Counted from the first letter of the stretch, positions 1-8,861 are shown. The stretch is 30,562 nt of DNA from a bacterium (GCA_963657025.1 CAVKLS010000001.1:2529-33090), one strand, 5' to 3'. Translations and numbers: made by a program. Notes: a model not told the origin generated them from the sequence alone.

Positions 1-2
1 CT

Positions 3-716
3 CTATCGAATGATAGCATTTACGTCGGTTTTAATTCCAAGCATTATGACCAGTTCATTATCAAGGCTATAGTCGGTAACTTGTCTCCTGAGGAAATCAA
101 ACAGGTCAATGATTACATTGTAGGCGGCGGTCAAGGTTGGCAGTGCTCACTTCTCGAGGGTATCTATTTCAAATTCAATAATGTTGACATTCGAGACGAC
201 ACTCAACAAGGCTTATCGCTCAAAGCGATTGAGGGACATTTAGGGATGCCAATCAAAGAGTCAAGCGTATCGTTTGACCTTAACAGACCGTTGACAGCAG
301 CGGAGAGAGCAGAAACCGAGTTCTATTGTAAGCACGATGTTGACACTACAGAGAAGCTTGTTGATATCCGCAAAAACTATCTCAAAAACAAGATTAATCT
401 CGGAAGACTTGCAGGACTGGACGAAGTTAAAGCTTTGAGTATGACCAATGCCAAGTTGACGGCGGCAATGCTGCAAGCACAGCTTAAGCCTCACGATGAT
501 GAACGTGAGTATGTGTATCCGTCAAATCTCAAGCGTGAATACATACCGACAGAAGTGTTTGAATTTTTCGACAGATTAAATGATAAAAGCATTCCTGACG
601 AGGAAGTGTTCAAAGGCAAGCGTAATCTGATGATTGGCGAGTGCCCTGTTACTCTCGGATACGGCGGTATTCACGGTGCTATACCTAATTATTTTTGGAG
701 TGAGGGCGACCGATGA
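3..716 (+). CDS. Family-B DNA polymerase, N-terminal 3'-5' exonuclease part (5'-truncated by window)
   Basis: The frame of the 81..716 ORF is open from base 3: LSNDSIYVGFNSKHYDQF (ExoII-like GFNxxxYD), later YCKHDV (ExoIII-like), ending just after GYGGIHG, which normally precedes PolB motif A. Confidence 0.85.
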   Translation, partial: LSNDSIYVGFNSKHYDQFIIKAIVGNLSPEEIKQVNDYIVGGGQGWQCSLLEGIYFKFNNVDIRDDTQQGLSLKAIEGHLGMPIKESSVSFDLNRPLTAAERAETEFYCKHDVDTTEKLVDIRKNYLKNKINLGRLAGLDEVKALSMTNAKLTAAMLQAQLKPHDDEREYVYPSNLKREYIPTEVFEFFDRLNDKSIPDEEVFKGKRNLMIGECPVTLGYGGIHGAIPNYFWSEGDR

Positions 717-2389
717 GAATTATCCGCAATTTTGACGTTTCAAGCTACTACCCGCACTTAATGACCGTCAACGGTTACACTTCCCGTAACATTCCGAGCC
801 CTAAAATATATGAAGACGTTCTCGAACGAAGAATGAGAGCGAAAGCGGCGGGAGACAAAGCGACCGCAAACGCACTTAAGCTTGTATGCAACACCACATA
901 CGGTTGTCTTCTTAATCAATACAACAACCTCTACGACCCTTTAATGGGGCGTTCGGTGTGTATCTCAGGACAGCTGTATTTACTTGAACTGGCGATGCAC
1001 TTATATCGAGATGTCGAAGAACTTAAAATCATTCAGCTCAACACTGACGGTATAATGATTGAATTTGACGATTCGCAGTATAGCGTAGTCAATGATATTG
1101 TAACTGAATGGCAGAGGAGAACGGGCTTTGACCTCGAGGAGGATAAAATCTCTAAAATCGTTCAAAAGGATGTTAACAATTACATTGAAATCCAAGCCGA
1201 CGGAACAGCCAAAGCGAAAGGTGGATATCTTGTAAAAGGTGTTGCACCGGCGGGCGCATTCAATGTGAATAATTCTTGCGTGATTGTTGCAACTGCTCTA
1301 AAAGAATTCTTTGTGAAGTGTATACCAGTCGAGGACACTATTAACAACTGCAATGACATTTTAAAGTTTCAAATCATCGCAAAAGCGGGAGCAAAGTACA
1401 AGGAAGCTTATCACCTGATTGACGGAGTCAAACACTCTGTTCAAAAGGTAAATCGAGTTTACGCCACCGCTGACAAGCGATACGGAAAAATCTACAAAGT
1501 CAAAGCTGAGAACGACTCCGAAGCTAAGATAGATTCACTTCCTGAACATTGCATAATCGATAACAACAACGAGCTAACTATAGACGATATCGACAAGACT
1601 TTTTATATCGATATGGCTAAAAAGCGAGTTGACGATTTTAAGGGCATAAAGCCCGAAAAGAAAACAAGGAGGAACAAACAAATGGCAAATCCAACCAAAC
1701 AGCAGAATGTGTATCAGAAGCTGATTGAAGCAAGAGAGAGGTTTCTCATCTCGGACATCAATCAGAGCGGAAAGAACATGCAGCTCTCATTTAAATATTT
1801 TGAGTTGAAAGACATTGTACCGACTGTCACACATATCTTTAATGACATGGGGCTTGTCGCAATAGCAAGCTTCACTGACACCGTGGCAACTCTTACAGTT
1901 GTAAACACCGAAAAGCCCGAAGAAAGAATAGATTTTCCTGTCCCATTCAATCAGATTCAGCCGATAGTTTCTAACGCTGGAAAACAGGTCACGAACGACA
2001 TGCAGGCACTCGGTAGCTCTATTACTTACATGAGACGATACTTGTATCTCATTGCTATGGACATCTGCGTTAATGACGATATCGAGCCGACGATTGACAA
2101 GAGCACAAACAATCAGGCATCTGTTCCTACCGTGACAGAGCGTAAGCTTCCCGCTACACCAGAGCAGAGAAAAGAAGTCAAAGAGACTTTGACCGCACCG
2201 TCTGATAATGCAACACCGTTACAGATTAAGGGGCTTAAAAACGTGCTCAAGAAGCTCAGAGAAGCAGACCCAAGCAAGGAAGAGATGATTAATAATCTTG
2301 CTGTTCAGACCACAGGCTTTACCGTTATTTCAAAGGCGGACTGCGAGACTTTGATTCAGAAAATAACCGCAATGTTGGAGGGTAAATAA
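713..2389 (+). CDS. Family-B DNA polymerase catalytic part fused in frame to an ERF-family ssDNA-annealing domain
   Basis: Motifs A DVSSYYP, B KLVCNTTYG, C NTDG; PolB-like C-terminus IDKTFYIDMAKKRVDDF; no stop before ERF-like sequence (QALGSSITYMRRY). ATGA overlap with upstream ORF, GGAGTGAGG upstream. Confidence 0.88.
   Translation: MRIIRNFDVSSYYPHLMTVNGYTSRNIPSPKIYEDVLERRMRAKAAGDKATANALKLVCNTTYGCLLNQYNNLYDPLMGRSVCISGQLYLLELAMHLYRDVEELKIIQLNTDGIMIEFDDSQYSVVNDIVTEWQRRTGFDLEEDKISKIVQKDVNNYIEIQADGTAKAKGGYLVKGVAPAGAFNVNNSCVIVATALKEFFVKCIPVEDTINNCNDILKFQIIAKAGAKYKEAYHLIDGVKHSVQKVNRVYATADKRYGKIYKVKAENDSEAKIDSLPEHCIIDNNNELTIDDIDKTFYIDMAKKRVDDFKGIKPEKKTRRNKQMANPTKQQNVYQKLIEARERFLISDINQSGKNMQLSFKYFELKDIVPTVTHIFNDMGLVAIASFTDTVATLTVVNTEKPEERIDFPVPFNQIQPIVSNAGKQVTNDMQALGSSITYMRRYLYLIAMDICVNDDIEPTIDKSTNNQASVPTVTERKLPATPEQRKEVKETLTAPSDNATPLQIKGLKNVLKKLREADPSKEEMINNLAVQTTGFTVISKADCETLIQKITAMLEGK
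1682..2389 (+). CDS. erf: ERF-family single-strand annealing protein from an internal in-frame start (235 aa)
   Basis: AAGGAGG at 1666-1672, 9 nt before in-frame ATG 1682; MANPTKQQNVYQKL...FKYFELKDI...GSSITYMRRY matches ERF family signature. Confidence 0.8.
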   Translation: MANPTKQQNVYQKLIEARERFLISDINQSGKNMQLSFKYFELKDIVPTVTHIFNDMGLVAIASFTDTVATLTVVNTEKPEERIDFPVPFNQIQPIVSNAGKQVTNDMQALGSSITYMRRYLYLIAMDICVNDDIEPTIDKSTNNQASVPTVTERKLPATPEQRKEVKETLTAPSDNATPLQIKGLKNVLKKLREADPSKEEMINNLAVQTTGFTVISKADCETLIQKITAMLEGK

Positions 2390-3424
2390 ATGAAAGAAAT
2401 CAAATGGTTAGAGGGTAATCGTATTCAGATTGAGCCGCCGAAAAAAACGAAGAAAGTGACAGGAACACGCTTTGCAACAATCCTCGGACTTAATCCGTGG
2501 AGCACCGCTTTTGAGATGTGGTGTGCCATCACCAAAACTTACGAAAAGCCTTTTGAGGATACTATCTATACTGTAGCAGGTAAGACAATCGAGCCGAAAC
2601 AGGCTAAGTACATGGAGCAGTCTTACGGTATGGACATTGTAAGACCGTCTGATGTATGGGGCGAAGATTATTTTAGTAAGACATGGGGCGACTTCTTCCC
2701 TGAGAACAAGCACCTCGGCGGTATGTGGGACTACCTCATGAAGAGCGAAGACGGAGAACACATTGAAGCCGTTCTTGAGATGAAGACAACCAAGCGTGCC
2801 GAAGATTGGAGCAAGGATGTTCCCGAGTACTACGCTTTACAGGCGGCGTTATATGCATATCTCTACGGTGTAGATGATGTAATAATGGTTGCTTCATTCC
2901 TCGAAGACAAAGACTATGAGCACCCTGAAGACTACACGCCGAACGCAAACAACACTATTACCGTAGAATTTAAGGTCTCAGAACGCTATCCTGATTTTGC
3001 CGGCAAGGTAGCAACTGTTGAGAAGTGGTGGGCAGATTACGTTGATACTGGAATCTCTCCTGAATACGACGAAAAGAAAGACGCTGAAATCCTTGCGGCA
3101 CTCAGAACGAACACTCTATCCCCTGAGACTGACCTTGAAGCACTTATTGCAGAAGCCGAAAGCCTAAAATCCGAATTGGACGAAGCGGCGGCAAGCACAG
3201 CCGAGAAGGAGAAAAGACTCAAGACCATTACCGACATAATCAAGGAACACGCTTTATCACAGTTTCGAGAGGGTGACAAGAAGGTTGAGGTCAAGGGCAA
3301 CACTTACACATGGACTGTCTCTCGTTCAGAGACAACTACGGTTGACAAGACCGCTCTAAAGGCAGACGGACTTTTGGATAAATATTCAAAAAAGTCTGAA
3401 ACATACAGAATAACAGTCAAATAA
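2390..3424 (+). CDS. YqaJ-like (lambda-exonuclease family) recombination nuclease
   Basis: TGTRFATILGLNPWSTAFEMW, GKTIEP, EMKTT and PEYYALQ motifs; adjacent to annealing protein. Confidence 0.88.
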   Translation: MKEIKWLEGNRIQIEPPKKTKKVTGTRFATILGLNPWSTAFEMWCAITKTYEKPFEDTIYTVAGKTIEPKQAKYMEQSYGMDIVRPSDVWGEDYFSKTWGDFFPENKHLGGMWDYLMKSEDGEHIEAVLEMKTTKRAEDWSKDVPEYYALQAALYAYLYGVDDVIMVASFLEDKDYEHPEDYTPNANNTITVEFKVSERYPDFAGKVATVEKWWADYVDTGISPEYDEKKDAEILAALRTNTLSPETDLEALIAEAESLKSELDEAAASTAEKEKRLKTITDIIKEHALSQFREGDKKVEVKGNTYTWTVSRSETTTVDKTALKADGLLDKYSKKSETYRITVK

Positions 3425-3438
3425 GGAGGATTGACAAC

Positions 3439-3912
3439 ATGGCACGAATACCAATGACAAGCGGATTTACTCTCATTCCTGAAGGTGGATATGTGTTCAG
3501 GATTTACGACGCACATTATGACGAGGATTTTGGACGAATTGAAATCAAACTCGTCACAGCTAAAGGGCAGACTCACACAGAGCGTTTTTCTATCAAAGAC
3601 AAGGACGACAATTTCAACGAGAAAGCACTCGGAGCGTTCTCTTACTTTGCTAAAACAGCAATGAATGATTTTGAGTTGGAAGACATAGATGTGAAGGAGC
3701 TTGTAGACCATTATATCTGGGCGGAAATTAAGCACACGAAGCATCCGAACCGCAACGACCCGACTAAGACTGTCACATTCGCTAACTTAGGTGAGAAAGC
3801 ACCTGTCGACGGATTCGACACTACGCCGACACCGAAAGCACTTAACTTAGGACCTGAAGACGCACCGAAAACCGCAAGCACAGGACTCAACATTGACGCA
3901 CTTTTAGGTTGA
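3439..3912 (+). CDS. Putative phage single-stranded DNA-binding protein (DUF669-like)
   Basis: FTLIPEGGYVFRI N-terminal motif, flexible C-terminal tail, position after exonuclease/annealase, AAGGAGG RBS. Confidence 0.65.
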   Translation: MARIPMTSGFTLIPEGGYVFRIYDAHYDEDFGRIEIKLVTAKGQTHTERFSIKDKDDNFNEKALGAFSYFAKTAMNDFELEDIDVKELVDHYIWAEIKHTKHPNRNDPTKTVTFANLGEKAPVDGFDTTPTPKALNLGPEDAPKTASTGLNIDALLG

Positions 3913-3931
3913 GAGAGTTAACTCTCTCAAC
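3908..3931. repeat. Perfect 24-bp palindrome GTTGAGAGAGTTAACTCTCTCAAC (hairpin; weak terminator or mRNA-stabilising stem)
   Basis: Sequence equals its own reverse complement; overlaps the SSB stop; no long U-tract. Confidence 0.75.
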
Positions 3932-3949
3932 TTCCTGAAGGAGGTAAAC

Positions 3950-4396
3950 ATGATATATCACACTAACGACAAATGGGCGACATTCACTCGATACGACAAG
4001 CACCGCTACACGATAAGCTTAACGCCCGCAATGCTCAAAACCGCCTATTTATGGAGTGGCAAAGAATACATAAGACCGGAAATCGAAGACAACACGGTTC
4101 GTTTCTATCTCGAAGATACCAATATTTCAAAGATGGCAAAGCTGATCAGGGCCCGCAACGGCGTAACAGGTGAAGACTCTGACAGAGAAAAGCCACTGGA
4201 TTTTCTCTACACCTTTCCAAACGAGAAAACGGCTTCGTTCTACGAACCGCTTTTACAAGACAAGTTTTTCTTCACCAAGGACTTTTGCGCTCGCCGAAGC
4301 AACAAAAGAGGCTTGCCGTTAGATGTGCCTTACATAGCTTTAAAATTTAACGACGATTACACGCAGTGGGAAGTGGGAAGGTGTGTGCAAAAATGA
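3950..4396 (+). CDS. Hypothetical protein (148 aa)
   Basis: AAGGAGGT RBS directly upstream; first gene of a chain of coupled ORFs. Confidence 0.8.
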   Translation: MIYHTNDKWATFTRYDKHRYTISLTPAMLKTAYLWSGKEYIRPEIEDNTVRFYLEDTNISKMAKLIRARNGVTGEDSDREKPLDFLYTFPNEKTASFYEPLLQDKFFFTKDFCARRSNKRGLPLDVPYIALKFNDDYTQWEVGRCVQK

Positions 4397-5028
4397 AATG
4401 CAATATAAAACAAAGATACAAGGACAGAATGGTCGGCGGCGCAATGGACGAAGGTTGCAACTTCGGAATCCTTGCAGTAACAATCAAAGTTCACGAATTG
4501 TACGGAATCGGTATCGGACGAATCCATAAGCTTGAAGACTCTATCAGACGAGAAATCGCAAAGGTCAAAGGCGGTAACAGAGAATGTTCGGCTGAAATGT
4601 CATTTGCCGTTGAGTCGTGGATAATGAAGACCGACAGAGACTATCAGGACATCTACAAATCATACAATCACAAATATCGCCGTTATCCCGATAAGCAAGT
4701 GACTTATTTGTTCGCAGACGATTACAAGAAGCAGCTTGCCAATGTCGGAACTGATAATTACGCAGACAATGTTTTCGATGCGGGCGTCTGGATTGGAATC
4801 AAAACAACACTCAAGCATCTCAATTACTGTCTCCAAATAGGCGCGCCGAGACTTTCAAAGCTTGAGGTCGAAGTTATGGAATACGTCAAAAACTTGCGCA
4901 AGTATAACCTCGATGTAGCGTGCAAAGAGCTTTGGAATGAGTACTTGAAAATCGACAGGGAAGCACTAAAACGCACGGCTAAAGCAATGGGTGCAAACAA
5001 CGCCCTTGCGGCACTTCAGAGCCTATGA
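4393..5028 (+). CDS. Hypothetical protein with internal two-fold repeat
   Basis: ATGA overlap gives start at 4393; two similar segments (ELYGIGIGRIHKLE / YCLQIGAPRLSKLE). Confidence 0.75.
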   Translation: MKCNIKQRYKDRMVGGAMDEGCNFGILAVTIKVHELYGIGIGRIHKLEDSIRREIAKVKGGNRECSAEMSFAVESWIMKTDRDYQDIYKSYNHKYRRYPDKQVTYLFADDYKKQLANVGTDNYADNVFDAGVWIGIKTTLKHLNYCLQIGAPRLSKLEVEVMEYVKNLRKYNLDVACKELWNEYLKIDREALKRTAKAMGANNALAALQSL

Positions 5029-5237
5029 TTAACCCGTGCAAATGTAAAGACTGCCCTGACCGCAGTGACGGATGTCACTCGAGATGCACAAGCTATCAGG
5101 CGTTCAGGGCGGAACTTAACGAAATTAACAGGCTGATACACGCCGAAAAAGACAAAAGCGAGTTTAATTTTGCCGTATCGAAAAGGCTTAGAATTGAAAA
5201 ATTAAAAGACAAAAAGAGGTACAGAAATGATAGATGA
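5025..5237 (+). CDS. Small Cys/His-rich hypothetical protein
   Basis: CKDCPDRSDGCHSRCTSY motif; ATGA overlap. Confidence 0.75.
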   Translation: MINPCKCKDCPDRSDGCHSRCTSYQAFRAELNEINRLIHAEKDKSEFNFAVSKRLRIEKLKDKKRYRNDR

Positions 5238-5418
5238 ATCTACAATTGACATCATTTTGCGAAAACTCAACGAATGGGGAGCAAACAACCAAAACAACTC
5301 ACAGAAATGTTCTCCATCCTCGCAGACTTACAAACACGGATACCGTGAAGGTTACAGCGACTGCATCGCAGACCTTACCGACTGGCTAAACGACTTAGTA
5401 TATTCTGATGAGTATTAA
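5227..5418 (+). CDS. Hypothetical protein (63 aa)
   Basis: AGAGGT RBS; overlaps neighbours in operon fashion. Confidence 0.7.
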   Translation: MIDESTIDIILRKLNEWGANNQNNSQKCSPSSQTYKHGYREGYSDCIADLTDWLNDLVYSDEY

Positions 5419-5590
5419 AATTGTAAACCGCAAACAAGCCCGTAAAATCATCCGCTACCACTTGCCGAGGGGGCTGTATCTGTTCCCTTACGGCAAGTAC
5501 TGGGCGGCACTCGATAATTCGACGGGTGATGCTTGGACAAGAACTTTTGACACTTTAGACAAAGCTAAGCAATGGCTTATGAGGTATTAA
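5408..5590 (+). CDS. Hypothetical protein (60 aa)
   Basis: Fits operon tiling; ALDNSTGDAWT motif reminiscent of small phage proteins. Confidence 0.7.
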   Translation: MSIKIVNRKQARKIIRYHLPRGLYLFPYGKYWAALDNSTGDAWTRTFDTLDKAKQWLMRY

Positions 5591-5591
5591 A

Positions 5592-5804
5592 ATGACTACA
5601 CCACAATCAATAATGCTCGTTTTAGCGTTCTGCTTCATTCAGTTTCAGTTTCTATTCCTACTCGGAGAAATCAAAATTGCCGAGAAAAGAGAACACAAAA
5701 TCTTAGACTTGCTGGAGCAAACACACGAAAATTTGAACAGAGTTTTGGACGCATGGCACAAAATCAGAGCGGCGGCAGAAAAAGCAAAGGAGAAAGCAAA
5801 TTGA
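5592..5804 (+). CDS. Small membrane-anchored hypothetical protein
   Basis: GAGGT RBS; hydrophobic N-terminus IMLVLAFCFIQFQFLFLL followed by charged helical region. Confidence 0.7.
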   Translation: MTTPQSIMLVLAFCFIQFQFLFLLGEIKIAEKREHKILDLLEQTHENLNRVLDAWHKIRAAAEKAKEKAN

Positions 5805-6088
5805 GACAATTCTATCAGGACTATGTGTATCACATGCTGAGGTTTTACTTCTCTTTCGACAAAGAGCCGTCTCACTTCAAACGGCACACCGACAAGCTCA
5901 ACTACCGCGTTTGCCGCCAAGTGATGAAGAAGAAAGACAAGCGTGAGACACAACTCATCAAGGAAGCAACCTGTTACGGCTTATGGATACCCACAGTCGC
6001 ACAGCTTCACGGTCTCGACAAGAACACCGTGTACAGCTTAATTAACAAGACTATCAGAGAAATAGCCAAGAAAAGGGGCTTGATATGA
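5801..6088 (+). CDS. Hypothetical protein, possible C-terminal HTH-like region
   Basis: TTG start at 5801 overlapping upstream stop, AAGGAG upstream; VAQLHGLDKNTVYSLINK resembles an HTH. Confidence 0.65.
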   Translation: MRQFYQDYVYHMLRFYFSFDKEPSHFKRHTDKLNYRVCRQVMKKKDKRETQLIKEATCYGLWIPTVAQLHGLDKNTVYSLINKTIREIAKKRGLI

Positions 6089-6258
6089 TGTGCCCTTACA
6101 TAATTAAATCCGAAGTAACACGGCAGAAAGAAGACGATATCACAGTTACCGCCACTCAATATTTTCAAGCTGAATGCAAGAAAGAGCACTGCGGAGCGTG
6201 GTATAACGGGCATTGCGATTACAACGGGTTTGCAAAAATAAAGCAGAACGTATCATAA
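6085..6258 (+). CDS. Small Cys-rich hypothetical protein (57 aa; not in ORF track)
   Basis: ATGA overlap, AAGGGG upstream; MMCPYIIK...CKKEHCGAWYNGHCDY...NVS*. Confidence 0.65.
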   Translation: MMCPYIIKSEVTRQKEDDITVTATQYFQAECKKEHCGAWYNGHCDYNGFAKIKQNVS

Positions 6259-6366
6259 AATCGATTTTAAGGCACATGCACGGCATTTTGAGCGCTAAGT
6301 AATGAATTTACATTCCTAAAATTAAAACGCCGTGTATGCCCTTTAAAACGCTCACATGAGCACATC
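6247..6366 (+). repeat. ~120-bp structured element, copy A (diverged inverted copy at 12022-12139)
   Basis: Internal imperfect inverted repeat TTTTAAGGCACATGCACGGCATTTT / AAAACGCCGTGTATGCCCTTTAAAA; shares conserved blocks with reverse complement of copy B. Confidence 0.75.
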
Positions 6367-6384
6367 TAAAACGAGGTGAATAAA

Positions 6385-6585
6385 ATGAACAATTACAACG
6401 AACTTGAGAGACTGATGAAACTAAAAGCGGAAGAACTCGAAAAAGAACTAAAATATCGCGATAATGCCAAAGAGCTTCACGCCATGTATAAGACTTATTG
6501 CAAGGTTGGTTTTACCGAACAACAGGCGTTTGAGCTGGTTAAAGTCGGATTGTATAGCGCAACATTTGCTACTTTAGGAAAATGA
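6385..6585 (+). CDS. Hypothetical protein
   Basis: GAGGTG RBS favours ATG 6385; GFTEQQAFELV motif; ATGA overlap with primase. Confidence 0.75.
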   Translation: MNNYNELERLMKLKAEELEKELKYRDNAKELHAMYKTYCKVGFTEQQAFELVKVGLYSATFATLGK

Positions 6586-7370
6586 ACTACAAAAACATCC
6601 CCAAAGAGCTCCAAGAGCTGAATCAATGGGTATGCGCCACTGCGCACAGTAAAGTTCCGATGAAAGCATGGGAGAATGCGGCGGCATCTTCCACAGACTA
6701 CAAAACGTGGGCAAGCTTTGACGAAGCCCTTGAAGCTTATAATTTGTGGCACTACGACTACTGCGGTTTTGTCTTTGCCGATAACGGACTTGTCGGCATT
6801 GACATTGACTGCGGATTTGATGAAGACGGCTTTATGTCTCCGCTGGCGGCAGACATAATCGGTAAATGCAAAAGCTACACTGAGAAGTCAAGAAGCGGAC
6901 GAGGGTTTCACATTGTCCTCAAAGGTGATTTACCGTTTAAGGGTAAAAACAATCTTAAAGGCGTTGAGATTTATAAATCTGCGAGATACTTCATTATGAC
7001 AGGTGACACACTTCTCTATCAAGACATTTCAGAAAATCAGGAAGCTATCGATTATGTTATTTCAACCTATTTCCCTGAAGAAAGAGAAACGGGCGGCGGG
7101 CATCAGACCGGCAATGTCATTTACGCTCCTAGGTGGGATGAAGCGGTCAATGATTCACATATCAGACTCAGACCGACTTATCCTGAGATAACCAACGGAA
7201 GCCGTAACTTGTCACTTACTTCTCTTGCGGGAGCTCTTCACAACCAAGGATACAGCAAGAACCAAATTTATGATGAGCTTACTTATGTTAATTCCGTCGC
7301 TTGCAATCCGCCGCTTGACAAGTATGAAATTCAGAGCATTTGCAACAGCGTTACAAAATACAAAAGATAG
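6582..7370 (+). CDS. Prim-Pol (AEP-family) primase with PriCT-like C-terminal domain
   Basis: IPKELQELNQWV, GIDID, EKSRSGRGFHI, C-terminal GSRNLSLTSLAG...PPL. Confidence 0.88.
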   Translation: MNYKNIPKELQELNQWVCATAHSKVPMKAWENAAASSTDYKTWASFDEALEAYNLWHYDYCGFVFADNGLVGIDIDCGFDEDGFMSPLAADIIGKCKSYTEKSRSGRGFHIVLKGDLPFKGKNNLKGVEIYKSARYFIMTGDTLLYQDISENQEAIDYVISTYFPEERETGGGHQTGNVIYAPRWDEAVNDSHIRLRPTYPEITNGSRNLSLTSLAGALHNQGYSKNQIYDELTYVNSVACNPPLDKYEIQSICNSVTKYKR

Positions 7371-7381
7371 GAGGAACACCA

Positions 7382-8860
7382 ATGCAGGAGTTTTTCGAAC
7401 TGCGGAACGGTCGCTGTATAATGGATGAAGATTTATCGGCGAAAATGTACTTGATTAAACAAAATCATCCTGAGAAGTCAGACGAGACATCAAGTGGCTT
7501 TGAATGGTCGGAAATGGGCATGGCTAATCTTTTCGGTTTGCTGTACTCACAGGAAGCGAGATACTGCCCCGAACACAAAAGCTGGTTTACGTATCACGAA
7601 GGAGCATGGAGACGGGACGAGGGGGCTATCCTCGTCTCGGAAAAGATAAAGGACTTTGTCCGACTGATGATTTTATATTGCGGTGAAATTGAAGACGACG
7701 ACATCCGTAAATCTTATACGACTTTCGTAAACAAGATGGGTGACAGACGGATGAGGGACAGAATCCTCAAGGACGCAACAGGAGAGCTGCGTATAGCTGC
7801 TAACGAATTCGACAGCAATCCGTATCTCATCAACTGCCTTAATGGGACGTACAACCTTGAAGACTTTACTTTCAGAGAACACAAATGGGACGACTTTCTG
7901 ACAATGCAGACTGCGTTTAAACACACGATATCACGAGATGTAAAATGCGAACGCTGGGAGACTTTCATTGACGAGGTCACACAGGGAGACAAAAACAAAG
8001 CTGACTTCTTACAGCGTGCCCTCGGTTATTCTCTTCTCGGAATGAGCAATGAGGAATGTATGTTTATTCTGCACGGCAAGACTACGAGAAACGGCAAGTC
8101 AACGTTGCTCAACACGATTGAAATAATGCTCGGCGACTACGCCAAGGTTGCGCCTGTTGGGATGATATGCAGAGGAGACAGACAGAAGGATGCAGAAGCA
8201 GCTTCCCCTACTCTTGTAGGGCTTAAGGGCAAACGCTTTGTAACAATGTCCGAAAGTAACGAGTACGGCAAGCTGGACGAGGAGAAAATCAAGCAGCTTA
8301 CAGGCGGCGAGGAGATATCAGCGAGGGCTCTGTATCAGTCGGCTATCACTTTCAAACCTCAATTCACGTTGTGGCTAAGCTGTAATGACTTGCCAATGGT
8401 CACGGATAAATCCCTTTTTGCTTCCGAGAGAATCAAGGTGGTTGAATTTAACCGCCACTTCTCACCTGAGGAACAGGACACGCACCTAAAAGACGAACTC
8501 ACTTCACCTGAAGCCATGAGCGGTATCTTTATGTGGCTGGTCCGGGGGTACATTCACTACAAAGAGCGAGGTCTCACAATGACCAAGGAGCTCAGAAAAG
8601 TTGTTATCGACTACGAAAAAGATAATGATTTGGTTCTCCAGTTCCTCGAGGCACGCTGTGAGAGAGCGGACGACACGGCGATCAAGGCTAAAGACCTTTA
8701 TTCGGCGTACAAGATTTGGGCGAAGTCAGAGGGCGCATTCATTCTATCGGCGAGAAAATTTTACTCAGAGCTTGAAAGGCATCCTGAGTGGTTCGACAGG
8801 AAATTCAAAGGACATGGTCAAATGAGTTATGAAGGACTAAAATTAACGGAGGTAATTTAA
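7382..8860 (+). CDS. D5/P4-family SF3 helicase
   Basis: INCLNGTYNL, LQRALGYSL, Walker A GKTTRNGKST, IKQLTGGEEISARALY; AGGAGG RBS supports ATG 7382. Confidence 0.92.
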   Translation: MQEFFELRNGRCIMDEDLSAKMYLIKQNHPEKSDETSSGFEWSEMGMANLFGLLYSQEARYCPEHKSWFTYHEGAWRRDEGAILVSEKIKDFVRLMILYCGEIEDDDIRKSYTTFVNKMGDRRMRDRILKDATGELRIAANEFDSNPYLINCLNGTYNLEDFTFREHKWDDFLTMQTAFKHTISRDVKCERWETFIDEVTQGDKNKADFLQRALGYSLLGMSNEECMFILHGKTTRNGKSTLLNTIEIMLGDYAKVAPVGMICRGDRQKDAEAASPTLVGLKGKRFVTMSESNEYGKLDEEKIKQLTGGEEISARALYQSAITFKPQFTLWLSCNDLPMVTDKSLFASERIKVVEFNRHFSPEEQDTHLKDELTSPEAMSGIFMWLVRGYIHYKERGLTMTKELRKVVIDYEKDNDLVLQFLEARCERADDTAIKAKDLYSAYKIWAKSEGAFILSARKFYSELERHPEWFDRKFKGHGQMSYEGLKLTEVI

Positions 8861-8861
8861 A

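Noticed and set aside
686..716. Programmed frameshift joining the two polymerase ORFs at TTATTTTT
   Set aside because: The downstream frame has TGA at 701-703 after the T-run; no slippery heptamer in 704-712; RBS plus ATGA overlap explains it better.
7340..7381. Primase-helicase fusion by -1 frameshift, or TTG start at 7340
   Set aside because: No X XXY YYZ motif in the overlap; strong AGGAGG before ATG 7382.
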